Shown: positions 1 to 11,858, counted from the first letter of the whole stretch. The stretch: DNA of 63,914 bases, filler included, from Octopus bimaculoides (GCF_001194135.2; 7 parts of 6 records of this genome joined end to end with filler, not necessarily neighbours in it), one strand, 5' to 3'. Numbers and translations are program-made. Notes: generated by a model from the sequence alone, not told the origin.

Positions 1-309
1 TCTTGGTTTTCCTCTTTCTGCTCATTGCTGGAAGGAGTCTGACGTTTACTCTTTCACCAACATTTGTGCAATTGATGCATGTGTGTGCATGTGTGTGTAT
101 TCCTGTGGTGAGAAGATGTCACTCACCTCCGCCGTCCACTCTTTCTAAAATTTAACAATCAAAAATGAAAATCTGATTTTTCCTTTGGTACATATATATA
201 TATATATATGTATGTATGTAGGTATAAAATATATATATATGTGTGTGTGTGTGTGTCTGTGGATTCTCTCATGAATTCTGCTGTACTCCTGTTTTTTTTC
301 TATGTCCTC

Positions 310-823
310 CTTAAAAACATGGGACAACTTTGGAAAGATAATTCCACTGAGGTTGACTTTGTCTTTCATCCTTTTGGCACCAAAAGGTACTAAGCAGAGC
401 CCTGGGGTCGATATAACTGACTTACTCCCACCCAAGAAATTGCTGGCCTTGTGCCAAAATTTGAAACCATTAACAACAAGGCAAAGGTGGTGAGCTGGCC
501 TAATCATTAGCACACCAGGTAAACTGCTTTGTGGCATTTTGTTTGTCTTTATGTTCAGGGTTCAAATCCCGCCGACGTCAGCTTTGCCTCCATCCTTTCT
601 GGGTTTGGAAAATAAGTACCAGCTGAGTGCTGGGGGTTGAAGCAATTGACGAGTTCCCTCCGCAGAATACCTGGCCTTGTGCCAAGATCTGAAGTCATTT
701 CTATTGATAAGGCAGTGAGCTAACCGAATCGTTGGCATGATGGATACAATGTTTAGTGGAACTTCATGTGTCTTTACATTCTGAGTTCAAATTCCACTGA
801 GGTCATCTTCGATAAAATAAGTA
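310..823 (+). mobile_element. Three adjacent degenerate copies of tRNA-derived SINE family A
   Basis: Three repeats of the motif GTTCAAAT(T)CC..GAGGT..CTTTG.CTTTCATCC..AAGTAC...CTGGGGTCGA...GGCCTTGTGCC, matching the cleaner copy at 62123-62336. The third copy is truncated. Confidence 0.75.
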
Positions 824-1224
824 AAACGAGAGCACAAACCTCCACCAAGGCAACACCAACGTCCTCTCAATGATTAGCCAGAGATGGTTTTTAAAATGAG
901 AATATCTGAAATAAACTCGTCTGCTCTCACAAACGAGAATACAAAAACTGAACCTGACCTCTCTCCAAAATTAAGTAAAAAAACCGGAAAAGACGGGACT
1001 AATATTATATTTTCTAATTTAGGCACAGGGGAGGTGAGGGAGTGAGTCAATTATTTTGACTCAGTGTATTTTGTGGTACTGTATTTCTGCTATCCCAGGG
1101 GGAAGAAAGGCTGAAATTGAACTCGAAACCTAGAACAAATACTGAGAGGTATTTTAAAAAGTTGACCAAAGTTAATTGCCTTGCAATATTTGTTCTGTTT
1201 TTTTAATTTTTTTTTTTTATGTCC

Positions 1225-1370
1225 CTGGTTCAAATCCTGCCGAGGTTAACTGCACTTTGCATCTTTCCAAGGTTGATTAAAATATGTAGCACTCAAGTTA
1301 GGGAGCTGTAAATGACTGACACCCTCTTACCATAAATTTCAGGTCTTTTCATCAATATTACAAACAATTA
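1225..1370 (+). mobile_element. Degenerate SINE family A fragment
   Basis: ggttcaaatcctgccgaggttaactgcactttgcatctttccaaggttgatt matches the family A B-box and central region. Confidence 0.6.
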
Positions 1371-2559
1371 TTAGAATATCTTGCTTCCGATATTCTGTGA
1401 GATTCTTCCAAGATCTTTTCCTCTTTTACTTCATCTCTAAAACCCTAACAAGATATGAATGAAGAACCTAGAGATAATAATAACAACAACAGTAGCATAA
1501 AAACCAAAACCTATGTCATCAAAAAAATATAGGGCTTTGTAAGAAGAAAAAAACAGCATTGAAATTTGAACCCCCACTTGCCCTTTGTAACTTAGGGCTA
1601 ACAGAAATAAATTTTTTAAAAAAATGAATAAATGGCTAATTTGTATCTTCCTGCCTGTGTGTGAGTTTGAAACCCTATTGCCAAATTCCTAATGTTTTGT
1701 TCAAATTATTGCGTGATTTCTCAGTAATGCNNNNNNNNNNNNNNNNNNNNNNNNNNNNNNNNNNNNNNNNNNNNNNNNNNNNNNNNNNNNNNNNNNNNNN
1801 NNNNNNNNNNNNNNNNNNNNNNNNNNNNNNNNNNNNNNNNNNNNNNNNNNNNNNNNNNNNNNNNNNNNNNNNNNNNNNNNNNNNNNNNNNNNNNNNNNNN
1901 NNNNNNNNNNNNNNNNNNNNNNNNNNNNNNNNNNNNNNNNNNNNNNNNNNNNNNNNNNNNNNNNNNNNNNNNNNNNNNNNNNNNNNNNNNNNNNNNNNNN
2001 NNNNNNNNNNNNNNNNNNNNNNNNNNNNNNNNNNNNNNNNNNNNNNNNNNNNNNNNNNNNNNNNNNNNNNNNNNNNNNNNNNNNNNNNNNNNNNNNNNNN
2101 NNNNNNNNNNNNCCATTCTTTTTTTTTTTAAATTCTAGCAGCCTGATGTTATATAATAATAATAATAATATTTGTGTGTGTGTGTGGGTGGGTATGTTTA
2201 TATATACATTACATATATATATATATATATATATATATAAGTATGTATGTGTTTATATATATATATATATATTATAAACTTGTGTATGCGTATGTGTTTG
2301 TACGTGTGCTGGAGTGTTTGTGTGTGCGTATGGGGATGTGTGACACTTGACTGACTCAGATGTATAATAAAAAAAAAACACTTATGGATATGCATATGCA
2401 TCCTATATCTGTTGAACTGTATGTGCAAGTCATTTAGACTAGCTATTTAAAATGGAGATTGTATTTTCACTTGAGATTAAAATAAAAATAATCATTTCAA
2501 AATTTCTAGTCTTCTGTTCATTTCTTCAACATTTACTTCATTAACATGTCAAACTTTGT

Positions 2560-2860
2560 AAAAGCATGGTTTGCCCTTGCATACAGGCTTGTCCCCTTGC
2601 AACCCTCTCCCGCTGAGCATCTCTAATCTCATGGGCTCATAGGGGCTGGTGCCATGTAAAAAGCATACATGCTGGTGCAGTGTAAAAGCACCCAGTTCAC
2701 TCTGTGAAGTGGTTGGCGTTAGGAAGGGCGTATCCAGCTGTAAGATACCATGCCAAAACAGACAGCCGGAACAGCCCTTCAGCTCCTGTCAAACCGTCCA
2801 ACCCATGCCAGCATGGAAAGTGGATGTTAAAGAATGATGATGATGATGATGATGATGATA
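2560..2860 (+). mobile_element. RTE-type LINE 3' end / derived repeat (family C) ending in (GAT)n
   Basis: tggttggcgttaggaagggcgtatccagctgta...aaaccgtccaacccatgccagcatggaaagtggatgttaa followed by (GAT)n. The same block recurs at about 13515, 15060, 16780, 17420, 42190, 45780, 46340, 47950 and 48680. Confidence 0.7.
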
Positions 2861-3359
2861 AAACATGATAGAGATAGAAAATGGAATACACGGGGAACTT
2901 TATTACTCACAGCGATTCTTTCAATACATCCTACATCAACGTACACTGAAGATTTCTTGAGGTAGATCCAGAGGAAATTATCTAAATACCGTGGATGACA
3001 CCAGGTAGCCATAGGCAGTGAATGTGCTTTGTCAGTGTACTGCTAGGAACATACCCAACACTTAAATATTAACTTATATATATCATCATCATCATCATTG
3101 TTTTTTACTGTCTGCTTTCCAAGCTGGCATGGGTTGGATGGTTTGACATGGAGCTGGCTAATATATATATATATATAAATATATACATGTATGTGTATAT
3201 ATATATATATACTCTGTCGGTTACGATGATGAGGGTTCCAATTCATCCGATCAATGGAACAGCCTGCTCATGAAATTAAGGTGCAAGTGGCTGAGTACTC
3301 CACAGACACATGTACCCTTAATGAGCTTGGTCAGGGAATGAATTAAACTCGTATTGTGA

Positions 3360-3790
3360 GGTATCACTGTATACACACACACACACACATATACAATGGG
3401 CTTCTTTCAGTTTCCATCTCCCAAATCCACTCACAAAGCTTTGGTCAGCCTGAGGCTATAGTAGAAGACACTTGCCCAAGTTCAGCCCCACTGTGTGACA
3501 CCTTGGGCGAGTATCTTCAACTATAGCCTCAGGTCAACCAAAGCCTTGTGAGTGGATTTGGTAGACGGAAACTGAAAGAAACCCGTCGTATATATGTGTG
3601 CGCGCGCGTATCTTTGTATGTTCCCTGCTTACTACTTGACAACCGATGTTGGAGTGTTTAGGTTCCTCCAACTTAACGGTTCGGCCTAAGAAACTGATAG
3701 AATATGTAATGGTGGTCGATTCGTTCAAGTAAAACCTTTCAAGAGGTGCCCCAGTATGGCCGCACTCCAATGACCTAAACAAGTAAAACA
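3360..3790. mobile_element. Two oppositely oriented fragments of tRNA-SINE family B
   Basis: 3400-3480 (-) and 3500-3790 (+) both contain ttggtcagcc/ggtcaaccaaagccttgtgagtggatttggtagacggaaactgaaaga, as in the copies at 14000 and 27445. Confidence 0.7.
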
Positions 3791-4070
3791 TCAAAATTGC
3801 AAATAAATATTATAAAATATATTAGCAATAATTGTAACGATAGAGCATATGGAGGCTGGTACATCCTCAAAATTTATTTCGTTTTATAAATTAAAAAAAA
3901 AAAAATGTTTGAAGATGCATCAGTCTCCATTATTTTTTGAAATTGTTTTGGATTTACATTCCCCCCGCCCCCCAAATATTCACAATCCAGAGAAGCGAAC
4001 CCGGATTTACCCATCAGAAGAATTACAGTGGAATTGTTCACCCTCAGCGATCCTTGGTGCTTCTTATTAC

Positions 4071-6546
4071 CTGATGTGGTTAGCCAGAACCTGGACTGTA
4101 TCTGAAAGCTCTTACGGTAACCGCCAGGATAATTCATCCCTATATACTCGTGTGTGCGTGCGCGTGCGCGCGATTGAATAATGACAGCATTAGTCTTGTA
4201 CGATAATTCAGCTTGTTTTTTGAAAATTTAAAATGTTGCTCCAAATGTTTTACGGACGGAAATGTAATTACAACTACCAACAGAATATTTTCATTCACGT
4301 CAAACGCAAAGGAAACATATTTATGGACACTTGCATTTATATACCCGGTAACCCATTTGCAGTTTTATAAAAAAGTGTGGAGTGAGAGGAAATTAAGCAA
4401 CCTTTTATTTCAGTCGGTAGTTGACGGGAATTCGTCACGACCAAATATTGAAACTGCTTCTCTGGCGCTTGCAAAGAAACTACAGTTGCTTCTGAATAGA
4501 ACTGGCTACAGACGAAGGTAAGAGAGAACTTTTGCATGGTCGTTCGATCTACCCCTAAATAGGAGCTAAATCTCCTTCAAATCACATCTTAACAGCCGGT
4601 AAAGTTGTCAAAAATTTACGTAAAGAAATGACATGCTACATGCAACCAGTTCACTAATAAACCATCGTTTTACGTAAGTGTTTATTTTGATTAATTAAAC
4701 TTAGCTAATTAGCAGTTTATGGTATATTTTATAGACATGAAATAGCACATGTAAGATTGTTTGTAGACATTGGCGGGATTCTTTCATACGTGTAGTGAAA
4801 CTAACACCTTGAGACACTAAAGAACACTTGATTAATAAGATTAATTAGTAATTTATAGTATGTCTTATAAACACGAAAACATCGTAGTCTAGAAATTTTG
4901 TAGGCATCTGGAGGGTTGCTTTACACGTGTTGTGTAAATAGTATTTTATGAACCTGTATTGCTAATACTAATTAGATCGACTTAATTATTATTTTGTAAA
5001 CATTTTAATTTTTTTTATAAATACTGAAACTACATAAGAATTTTGGGGGGGCTTCCAGCATGTCGTCTCCGTTTTGTACCCGGAATCTACAACATCCGAA
5101 AGGTATTTGTAGAAAATTTTATTTAAAAAATGTCTTGCTTTCTGAAAGTTATGAGGAAACAAAGTTGGCGGGGGGAACATACATGTATAGTTATGCCGTT
5201 GTTGTTTACGCACAGATTGAACAAAACTGACATCTTTTTAGATAAAAGAAGATACATTAGTTTACATCAAGTGTTCCTCTAACTTTTTAAGCTATCGTCC
5301 CCTTTCGTTTATTAACACTTTTTCATCCCACCGTTTGCTAGATTCAATGCTCGTCCCTCTTTTAACGTACATCCACACAATATCAAGCCTTAGTATTTTA
5401 GTTCCGAGTGCTAGTTTGATGCGGTTAACTATTTACCACATCACCGCCCAACTGGATGTGTTTTATTTATTTATTCACATTTCGACAATGTTGTTGTTGA
5501 TATTGTCGCTAACAAGGCAGTTCATTATAGATTGCATCAATTTTATGTGGCATACCTACACAACTGTGCCCCCACCAACCAACTTTGTTTCCGCATAACT
5601 TTCATAAAAATGGATATTTTTTAATGAAATTTTCTACAAATACTTTTCAGAGTGTGTAAATTACGATTATATCATTGAAAAATATCCATTTTTCTTTAAG
5701 TTATGACGAAACAAAGTCGGGCGGTGGACACACGTGTAGAAATGCCCATGTTTCTAAAATTCAAATTTCATGTGATGTGTGTCGGTATGTTTGTAAGGTG
5801 CAAACACCGATTTTTTTTTCACTTTAAATTGCAATATAATAAATATAATCGTAATCTATCTACGTCTAGCACCCACCTAAGTGGCGAATGAGGTATCACG
5901 ATGAAACTAAATGAACATGGATATTTTATAAATTTTACTAAAACAAAAAATGGATTGTATAAGGTTTTTACATTGAAATGATAAAAGAATTAATAAAGTA
6001 AAAAGTTGTAAATTTACTTTATACATTTGCAAGTTAATGACTTTCCTCTCATTTGATTTTAATAGCCATTACTAGTTTTATCATGTATAATATGATAACT
6101 ACCAAAGGTAAAATTTTCTCCCCCTAAAGCCTAACGCCCCCCTTCGGTGCGGAACCGCCCACATTGAGAACCTTTGAGCTAAATAATAGTATAAGGTGTT
6201 AAGTTTTTAGTATTGAAGTTGGATCCTTTAAAATATGTCGATTATATTTCTAATTAACGTGAGTTATTAGTTATACCCAAATGTATCGAATGTTAATAGA
6301 GGACGGTTAACAGCAAATTCACGAAATCAGATGTTTTTTTAGTGAGTGGAAATTCTCTAAGGGTTACGAGCGGACAGCGGGAGAAATCTTCATAGGAAGA
6401 GCTCCCATCGAGCAAAATGTCTCGGCCCTTTAGTTCCGGATACTCTAAGAGAGCCGGACTCACTTGTGTCGCGACTCCTGCTGTTTCCGAAACGCCACCT
6501 TTAATAAGGATTGAACTCGGGGCCCTTTAGGTGACTTTATTTCCAT
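4071..6546 (-). CDS. Putative three-exon chain (6464-6546, 4402-4505, 4071-4101) of an unidentified gene, continuing leftwards
   Basis: Phase-consistent splice chain: ATG...CAC AA|gtgagt; ttctctcttaccttcgtctgtag|C CAG...AAA G|gttgct (weak donor); ctttcag|AT ACA...ATC AG|gtaata. Translation MEIKSPKGPRVQSLLKVAFRKQQESRHNQFYSEATVVSLQAPEKQFQYLVVTNSRQLPTEIKDTVQVLANHIR. No family recognised. Confidence 0.25.
4414..4517 (+). CDS. Alternative putative internal exon on the + strand (SVVDGNSSRPNIETASLALAKKLQLLLNRTGYRR)
   Basis: Acceptor ccttttatttcag|, donor gaag|gtaaga, one open frame. It overlaps the - strand candidate, so probably at most one is real. Confidence 0.25.
5031..5215. mobile_element. Partial MITE (right arm only), same family as 5549-5746 and 9527-9939
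   Basis: gaaagttatgaggaaacaaagttggcgggggaacatacatgtatagttatgcc matches the right TIR of the other copies. Confidence 0.65.
5549..5746. mobile_element. MITE with ~90-bp imperfect TIRs
   Basis: ggcatacctacac...ctttgtttccgcataactt...aaaaatggatattt versus aaatatccatttttc..aagttatgacgaaacaaag...gtgtagaaatgcc. Confidence 0.75.
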
Positions 6547-6689
6547 GATCGGTGGTGTTTATAGCGGCCGACTCTTTGCTCTAGGAAAACAATTTCAGTA
6601 GTTGACCTGGAAAACTCCGAATAATAGTAAAGAAATACTTCCATTTTCGTGCGGGACAAAGAAAATATTTCTCCACGGAAAATGTGATG

Positions 6690-6720
6690 ACGACTGTAGT
6701 CCGACTGCGCATGCGTAAAG
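6690..6720. promoter_or_regulatory. CpG-rich promoter-like segment with an NRF1-type palindrome TGCGCATGCG (6706-6715)
   Basis: The motif is seen directly. 6340-6730 is CpG-rich relative to its flanks, and a candidate first exon lies 160 bp away on the - strand. Confidence 0.35.
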
Positions 6721-6903
6721 TTACTTTTATTATTTACGATGACGAACAAAATATGGTGTTGTTAACTATTACAACATGAAAAAAACTACTTAAATGATTA
6801 CAGACTCGATTACTTACTTCACAACACAATATATATTATTTAAATAATAAAAATAATCATCAAATGTTTAAATAATATAATTCGGCAGTTTGTCTATGTA
6901 ATC

Positions 6904-6986
6904 AGCACGATGGCCGAGTGGTTAAGGCGTTGGACTTAAGTTCCAATGGACATCTGTCCGCGTGGGTTCGAACCCCACTCGTGCTA
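6904..6986 (+). tRNA. tRNA-Leu-TAA: tRNA-Leu (anticodon TAA)
   Basis: Acceptor AGCACGA/TCGTGCT plus A73; A-box TGGCCGAGTGG; anticodon arm TTGGA-CT TAA GT-TCCAA; long variable arm GGACATCTGTCC; T-loop GGTTCGAACCC. Confidence 0.97.
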
Positions 6987-6991
6987 ATAAA

Positions 6992-6998
6992 TTTTTTT
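6992..6998 (+). terminator. Pol III oligo-T terminator of tRNA-Leu
   Basis: T7 run starting 6 nt after the discriminator base. Confidence 0.8.
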
Positions 6999-7723
6999 CT
7001 GACTCCTAAGTTTGGAATGAATTTACAGATTACGTGGATTTTTACTTGTAGAATGGGCAACTATTTTAGTATTTTTTTTTTAAAATTTATTATTTCATTT
7101 ATCTTCCGTGGATAGCTTTTATCAGCATCTTAGATAAAGATATTTAAGAACGCTGGTGTTTTTCATATTTATCTTTTATGTTTCAATCATTGGGCTGCGG
7201 CCATGCTGGGACACCGCCTTGATGAGTTTTTAGTCGTATGAATCGACTCTAGTACTAATTTTTTAAAGCCAGGTAATTATTATATATATATATATATATA
7301 TATANNNNNNNNNNNNNNNNNNNNNNNNNNNNNNNNNNNNNNNNNNNNNNNNNNNNNNNNNNNNNNNNNNNNNNNNNNNNNNNNNNNNNNNNNNNNNNNN
7401 NNNNNNNNNNNNNNNNNNNNNNNNNNNNNNNNNNNNNNNNNNNNNNNNNNNNNNNNNNNNNNNNNNNNNNNNNNNNNNNNNNNNNNNNNNNNNNNNNNNN
7501 NNNNNNNNNNNNNNNNNNNNNNNNNNNNNNNNNNNNNNNNNNNNNNNNNNNNNNNNNNNNNNNNNNNNNNNNNNNNNNNNNNNNNNNNNNNNNNNNNNNN
7601 NNNNNNNNNNNNNNNNNNNNNNNNNNNNNNNNNNNNNNNNNNNNNNNNNNNNNNNNNNNNNNNNNNNNNNNNNNNNNNNNNNNNNNNNNNNNNNNNNNNN
7701 NNNNNNNNNNNNNNNNNNNNNNN

Positions 7724-7755
<32 letters not shown>

Positions 7756-8346
7756 TATATATATATACACATATATATATATATATACACATATATGTAT
7801 ATATACACATATATATATGTACGAGTAAATATATATATAATATGAGAAAGATAGAAAAAGAGTGAGAGAGCGGGCTAAAAGCATTCAGACAAGTAACGAG
7901 CTTTATATTGTAGGAAATGTGTCCGGAGTCTATCGACATTGTCTTCCATCCTGTCAAATGTTAGAATTAATATCATCGATTATCCCATTGACACAGAATG
8001 AGGTCTCGTTGCTATATAAGATTTAATAATCGGTTAGACAATAAGGCAATTTCTCGTTATTATCCAACAAAATGTCTCGCTAGAAATATATCTGAAGTGA
8101 TTCTATTCGTTCTGTGGCCATAACGTCCAAATTATAATTATTCTTATTAATAGCGTGCAGAGACGTTTTGAAAATATAAGAGAATTACTCTTATAAAAGG
8201 TCGTAGAAGCTGTATAAATTTGGTTTATCCATTTAGGATGTCATTATTAAACATTCGTCATCCCCCAAAATATTATTTTTATAAATAAATCGCTAGAAAT
8301 CTGTTGTTAGAATGAAATTGTTATAGAAAGACGGATTTGACAGGTA

Positions 8347-8435
8347 CTCGCGATAGCTCAGTTGGCAGAGCGGAGGACTGTAGCTGAATAATAGTAGTTA
8401 TCCTTAGGTCGATGGTTCGAATCCGTCTCGCGAGA
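8347..8435 (+). tRNA. tRNA-Tyr-GTA: tRNA-Tyr (anticodon GTA) with a 16-nt intron (8384-8399)
   Basis: Acceptor CTCGCGA/TCGCGAG plus A73 (eukaryotic Tyr C1:G72); GAGGA-CT GTA G-[ctgaataatagtagtt]-A-TCCTT; intron at canonical 37/38 with a C32:G(-3) anticodon-intron pair; T-arm GATGG TTCGAAT CCGTC. Confidence 0.97.
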
Positions 8436-8446
8436 GGTACCGCTTA

Positions 8447-8454
8447 TTTTTTTT
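8447..8454 (+). terminator. Pol III oligo-T terminator of tRNA-Tyr
   Basis: T8 run starting 12 nt after the discriminator base. Confidence 0.8.
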
Positions 8455-9526
8455 AATTTAGATTTCTTTATTGATTTTTTTTTTCAAGTATAAAAATAGT
8501 TACAGCATTGAAAGATCGTAATGGTTCTTAACCCATATTTCTTTTATTTTTTCATAGCATTGTATCATATATAATGTTATTTTAGCCCTGTTATGTCGCT
8601 AAAGTTTTTTTATTTTCAATTCGCCCTTATTACTCTCTGCCAATATTATCGCTTTATCCCTGCCTGACATTGTTTTAAATGCAGTTAGACCTTGTAAGGT
8701 AAACACTTAAGGTTGGCCCCCGCCGACGAAGGATTTCTTTTCTCCTTCGCACATTTCACTAAACGTAAGTTTTTCTTCTGACTATCCAAGTGAGAGGACC
8801 GATGCATATTTATGAAATTACATGGGGTTTCTTCGCATCATTCTATCTTCTAAATTGTGATAAATGAAAAGAAATTAGACGAGGAGTAATTATGAAACAC
8901 AACAGCTGGAAACTGGTGATGCTGTTACCTCTGGCAGCACGCACATAAATGATATTCACATCTCGTAATCGATATCAAACACTTCGTTCCCATTCTAAAT
9001 AGCTTGGGTCCCTTGTTTTATAGAATAAACAGTGGGATCAGAGAGAGGAAAACGGTGATGGTTAATGTCGGTATTTAGTGAATATAAACAGTTTAAAAGT
9101 GGAATAGATTCGTTTACTGCGAGATGAGGCGGAATGATTCATCTTGTCGGGAAGAATCCCTCTTGTTTTAATAGTTCGATACCTTACTGTTTCACTGCTC
9201 TATGTTCGAATTTCATTGTGGGTCGTGTAACTTATTCCCGTTCCATAAACTTATCGTAACCAAACTGCTGGGCGTGTCCGCCTTGAACATAAATTAACAA
9301 ACCTATCCCTCCTGTGATGCGCCTGGACACTTTATCAATGATTTTTCTGGAGGTCAGGTGTTTCGGGTCTTTCAACATTTGGTCCCTGCCCCCCAGGTGA
9401 CCCACTCTTTGCTTTTATGACATTATTTCAGTTTATAGTAATAAATTAAAGCGAAAAATTCTAGTCAGCAACCGGCATCGATTTATGAATGTTTTTTTGT
9501 TTTTTTTTTTAAATTGAATTTTTTAT

Positions 9527-9939
9527 GGCACACCTACGCAATTGAGCTCCACCTCCGATTTTGTTTCCTCATAACTTTCTGAAAAATGGACAATTTTCAA
9601 TGAAATTTTCTATAAACACCTTTCAGATGGCGTAGCTTACGAATATATCAGAATTTAATGTGGAAGCATAAGTTGTTGGGCGTGCACAAATACATTCAGA
9701 CACAGATCACTATTTTTTTGCGGTTTCAAGTTTCACTTCATAAAATGATATACGCGATGCGTGTCAGTATGCGTGTGTGTGCACGCCCAGCTTATTTTTA
9801 TTTTACATTAACTCCCGATATAATCGGAATCTACACCATCTGAAAAATATCTATAGAAAATTTCACTAGTAAACTATCCATTTTCCTGAATGTTATGAGG
9901 AAACAAAGACGAGGGTGGGCACATGTGTATAGGTATGCC
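9527..9939. mobile_element. MITE with long imperfect TIRs
   Basis: ggcacacctac...tttgtttcctcataactttctgaaaaatgga...tttcagatggcgtag versus ctacaccatctgaaa...tccattttcctgaatgttatgaggaaacaaag...taggtatgcc. Inner IR gttgggcgtgcac/gtgcacgcccagc. Confidence 0.8.
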
Positions 9940-10484
9940 AAGTCATTAATAAATTAAATTCCTCGTCCATTTACCATTTGTTTATCTCGTATAAGATTGA
10001 GTGTCCGACAGGTTCCAAATGTCCAGTTTAAATAAAAGATATATTAAAAAAATATATAGGTGCGATTAAATTAATATAAGAATATAGATATGTGGGTGGG
10101 GAGAGAAATTAAAATGAACACAGCTTTATACTATTAGTTCCTACGTACGTTTCACCATTATGACTCCTTGGAAACTTGCGTTGGGTAGTCCAGGTGCATA
10201 TGGGTGCTTAACCGGAATAGATCATTAAGAAACACTTTACGTTACGGAGAATTGGCGTCTATTTGTGTACACACAACATTGTATAGGAACTAATAGTATA
10301 AAGCTGTGTTCATTTTAATTTCTCTCCCCACCCATATATCTATATTCTTATATTAATTTAATCGTACCTATATCTTTTATTTAAACTGGACATTTGGAAC
10401 CTGTCGGATACTCAATCTTATACGAGATAAACAAATGGTAAATGGACGAGGAATTTAATTTATTAATGACTTGGCATACCTATA
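9928..10484. repeat. Near-perfect inverted repeat (arms 9928-10143 and 10284-10484, 140-nt spacer)
   Basis: Base-by-base comparison gives 3 substitutions and one 15-nt indel over ~200 bp. Confidence 0.95.
10136..10176 (-). ncRNA. Degenerate minimal hammerhead-ribozyme-like motif
   Basis: Minus strand AGTTTC-CAAGGA-GTCA TAA TGGT-GAAAC GTAC GTA|GGAACT. Helix I 6 bp, helix II 4 bp, palindromic helix III ACGTACGT, GUA triplet. The 5' core is corrupted (CAAGGA instead of CUGANGA). Confidence 0.45.
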
Positions 10485-10589
10485 TATACATATATATACA
10501 AGACAGTTATGTTATAATTTAGATAGATAGATATAGATATGAAATAAGATAGATGGATAGATACAGATGTAACATCCTTTCTGTTATAA

Positions 10590-10710
10590 GCACAATGCCT
10601 GAAACTTTTGCCGAAGGGGGTCTAGTCGATTACAGCGACCCCAGTGCTCAACTGGTACTTATTCCATCGACCCCAGAAATGAGGAAAGACAAAGTCGACC
10701 TCGGCAGCAT
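10590..10710 (-). mobile_element. SINE family A fragment
   Basis: cgaccccagtgctcaactggtacttattccatcgacccc...aaagtcgacctcggcag is the reverse complement of the family A core. Confidence 0.7.
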
Positions 10711-11784
10711 AAAGTTATGAGAATTTAGAAACTCCTTCAAGAGAATCGAAGTAAATTATCTATATTTTTTTTATGTAACTCGAAAGAGATAAAGTGATAA
10801 ATAATAACGTGTAGAAGTATTGGGGTTTAAAAAATCCCTTGGATGGAAAAAACCCCCGACAAACATCGGAGGTTTTTGCTGTACGTATGGGTAATATGAT
10901 GCCCCTGTCTTTACTCCTGTCATATACGAGTGTGTACTACTTTTAACTTATAAATCTTCATGGAAATACATTATAAAGACGACGTCACTGATTTACTGAA
11001 CACAATTTCATTTTTCCTCTGGCCCCTTTTAAAGGGTTCTCAATACTTTATATCTCCATAGAATCCACACACACCATCGTTTTTCCGGTCCCAAGAAGAT
11101 GATGTTACACACACAGCTTAAAACTCAATCCAGCTCATTTAAAGAGATCGTCTTGTAAGCTTTTACAAATTCCTTTTTTTACACCATTTCTGTCACTAAT
11201 CGTTAATATTAAAGATACTTAACACAATTCCTGTTGTATTCGGATGTTATTTAATTACTTAATTTTAATGTTTTCTTCGCCTCCCCGTTAATTAACAAAA
11301 TCCTGCCATATTACTATTATTATTATTACTTGTCTGTTAATGAGAATTTCAAATTTTCAAAGAAAATTTCACTGCATTAAATGATATAAGAATTTATTAG
11401 GCAGGCATCAATGATAAATGTATTAACGTAGGATTAAGTTAAATTATAATAACAATAAATTGAGGTGTTTCATAGTTTAATAATGTGAAACTGACAAAGA
11501 TAAAACTGAAACAAAAAACAAAAATAAATCCGTCCCAAAGTCGAAAGAAATATGTTGAAAATTATAAATGTGACCTAAAAAAAGAAATATATACGTATTA
11601 TTCGAGCTATTTTAGTGTTAACTGGTAAAATTATTATTGAAAGAGGATATTTGTGGCGAATATAGATCATATAAAACGTGAGGTGAGCAATATGGTACGA
11701 AACTAAAAAAGCTAGCTCATCAAAGCTAGCTACATTTTAAGCAGTATGTATTTAACTAATAATTTCACTGAGATTCGACCGAGA

Positions 11785-11858
11785 GCCCCTATAGCTCAGT
11801 GGTTTAGAGCACTGGTCTCGTAAACCAGGGGTCGTGAGTTCGAATCTCACTGGGGGCA
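11785..11858 (+). tRNA. tRNA-Thr-CGT: tRNA-Thr (anticodon CGT)
   Basis: Acceptor GCCCCTA/TGGGGGC plus A73; D-arm AGCTCAGTGGTTTAGAGC; anticodon arm CTGGT-CT CGT AA-ACCAG; T-arm GTGAG TTCGAAT CTCAC; T5 at 11890-11894. Confidence 0.97.

Noticed and set aside
1661-2131. Long ORFs running through N gaps (also about 7.3, 12.2, 22.3, 31.9, 49.9 and 56.6 kb)
   Set aside because: Open only because N translates as X.
6361-6540. GC-rich segment resembling RNase MRP/P RNA (ggaagagctccc ... actcggggccc)
   Set aside because: The CR-I/CR-V consensus and P4 pairing do not fit on either strand.
9330-9415. Weak resemblance to the U12 snRNA 3' half (aggtgaccc) with an Sm-like gatttttctgg
   Set aside because: No U12 5' branch-site region and no canonical Sm site.
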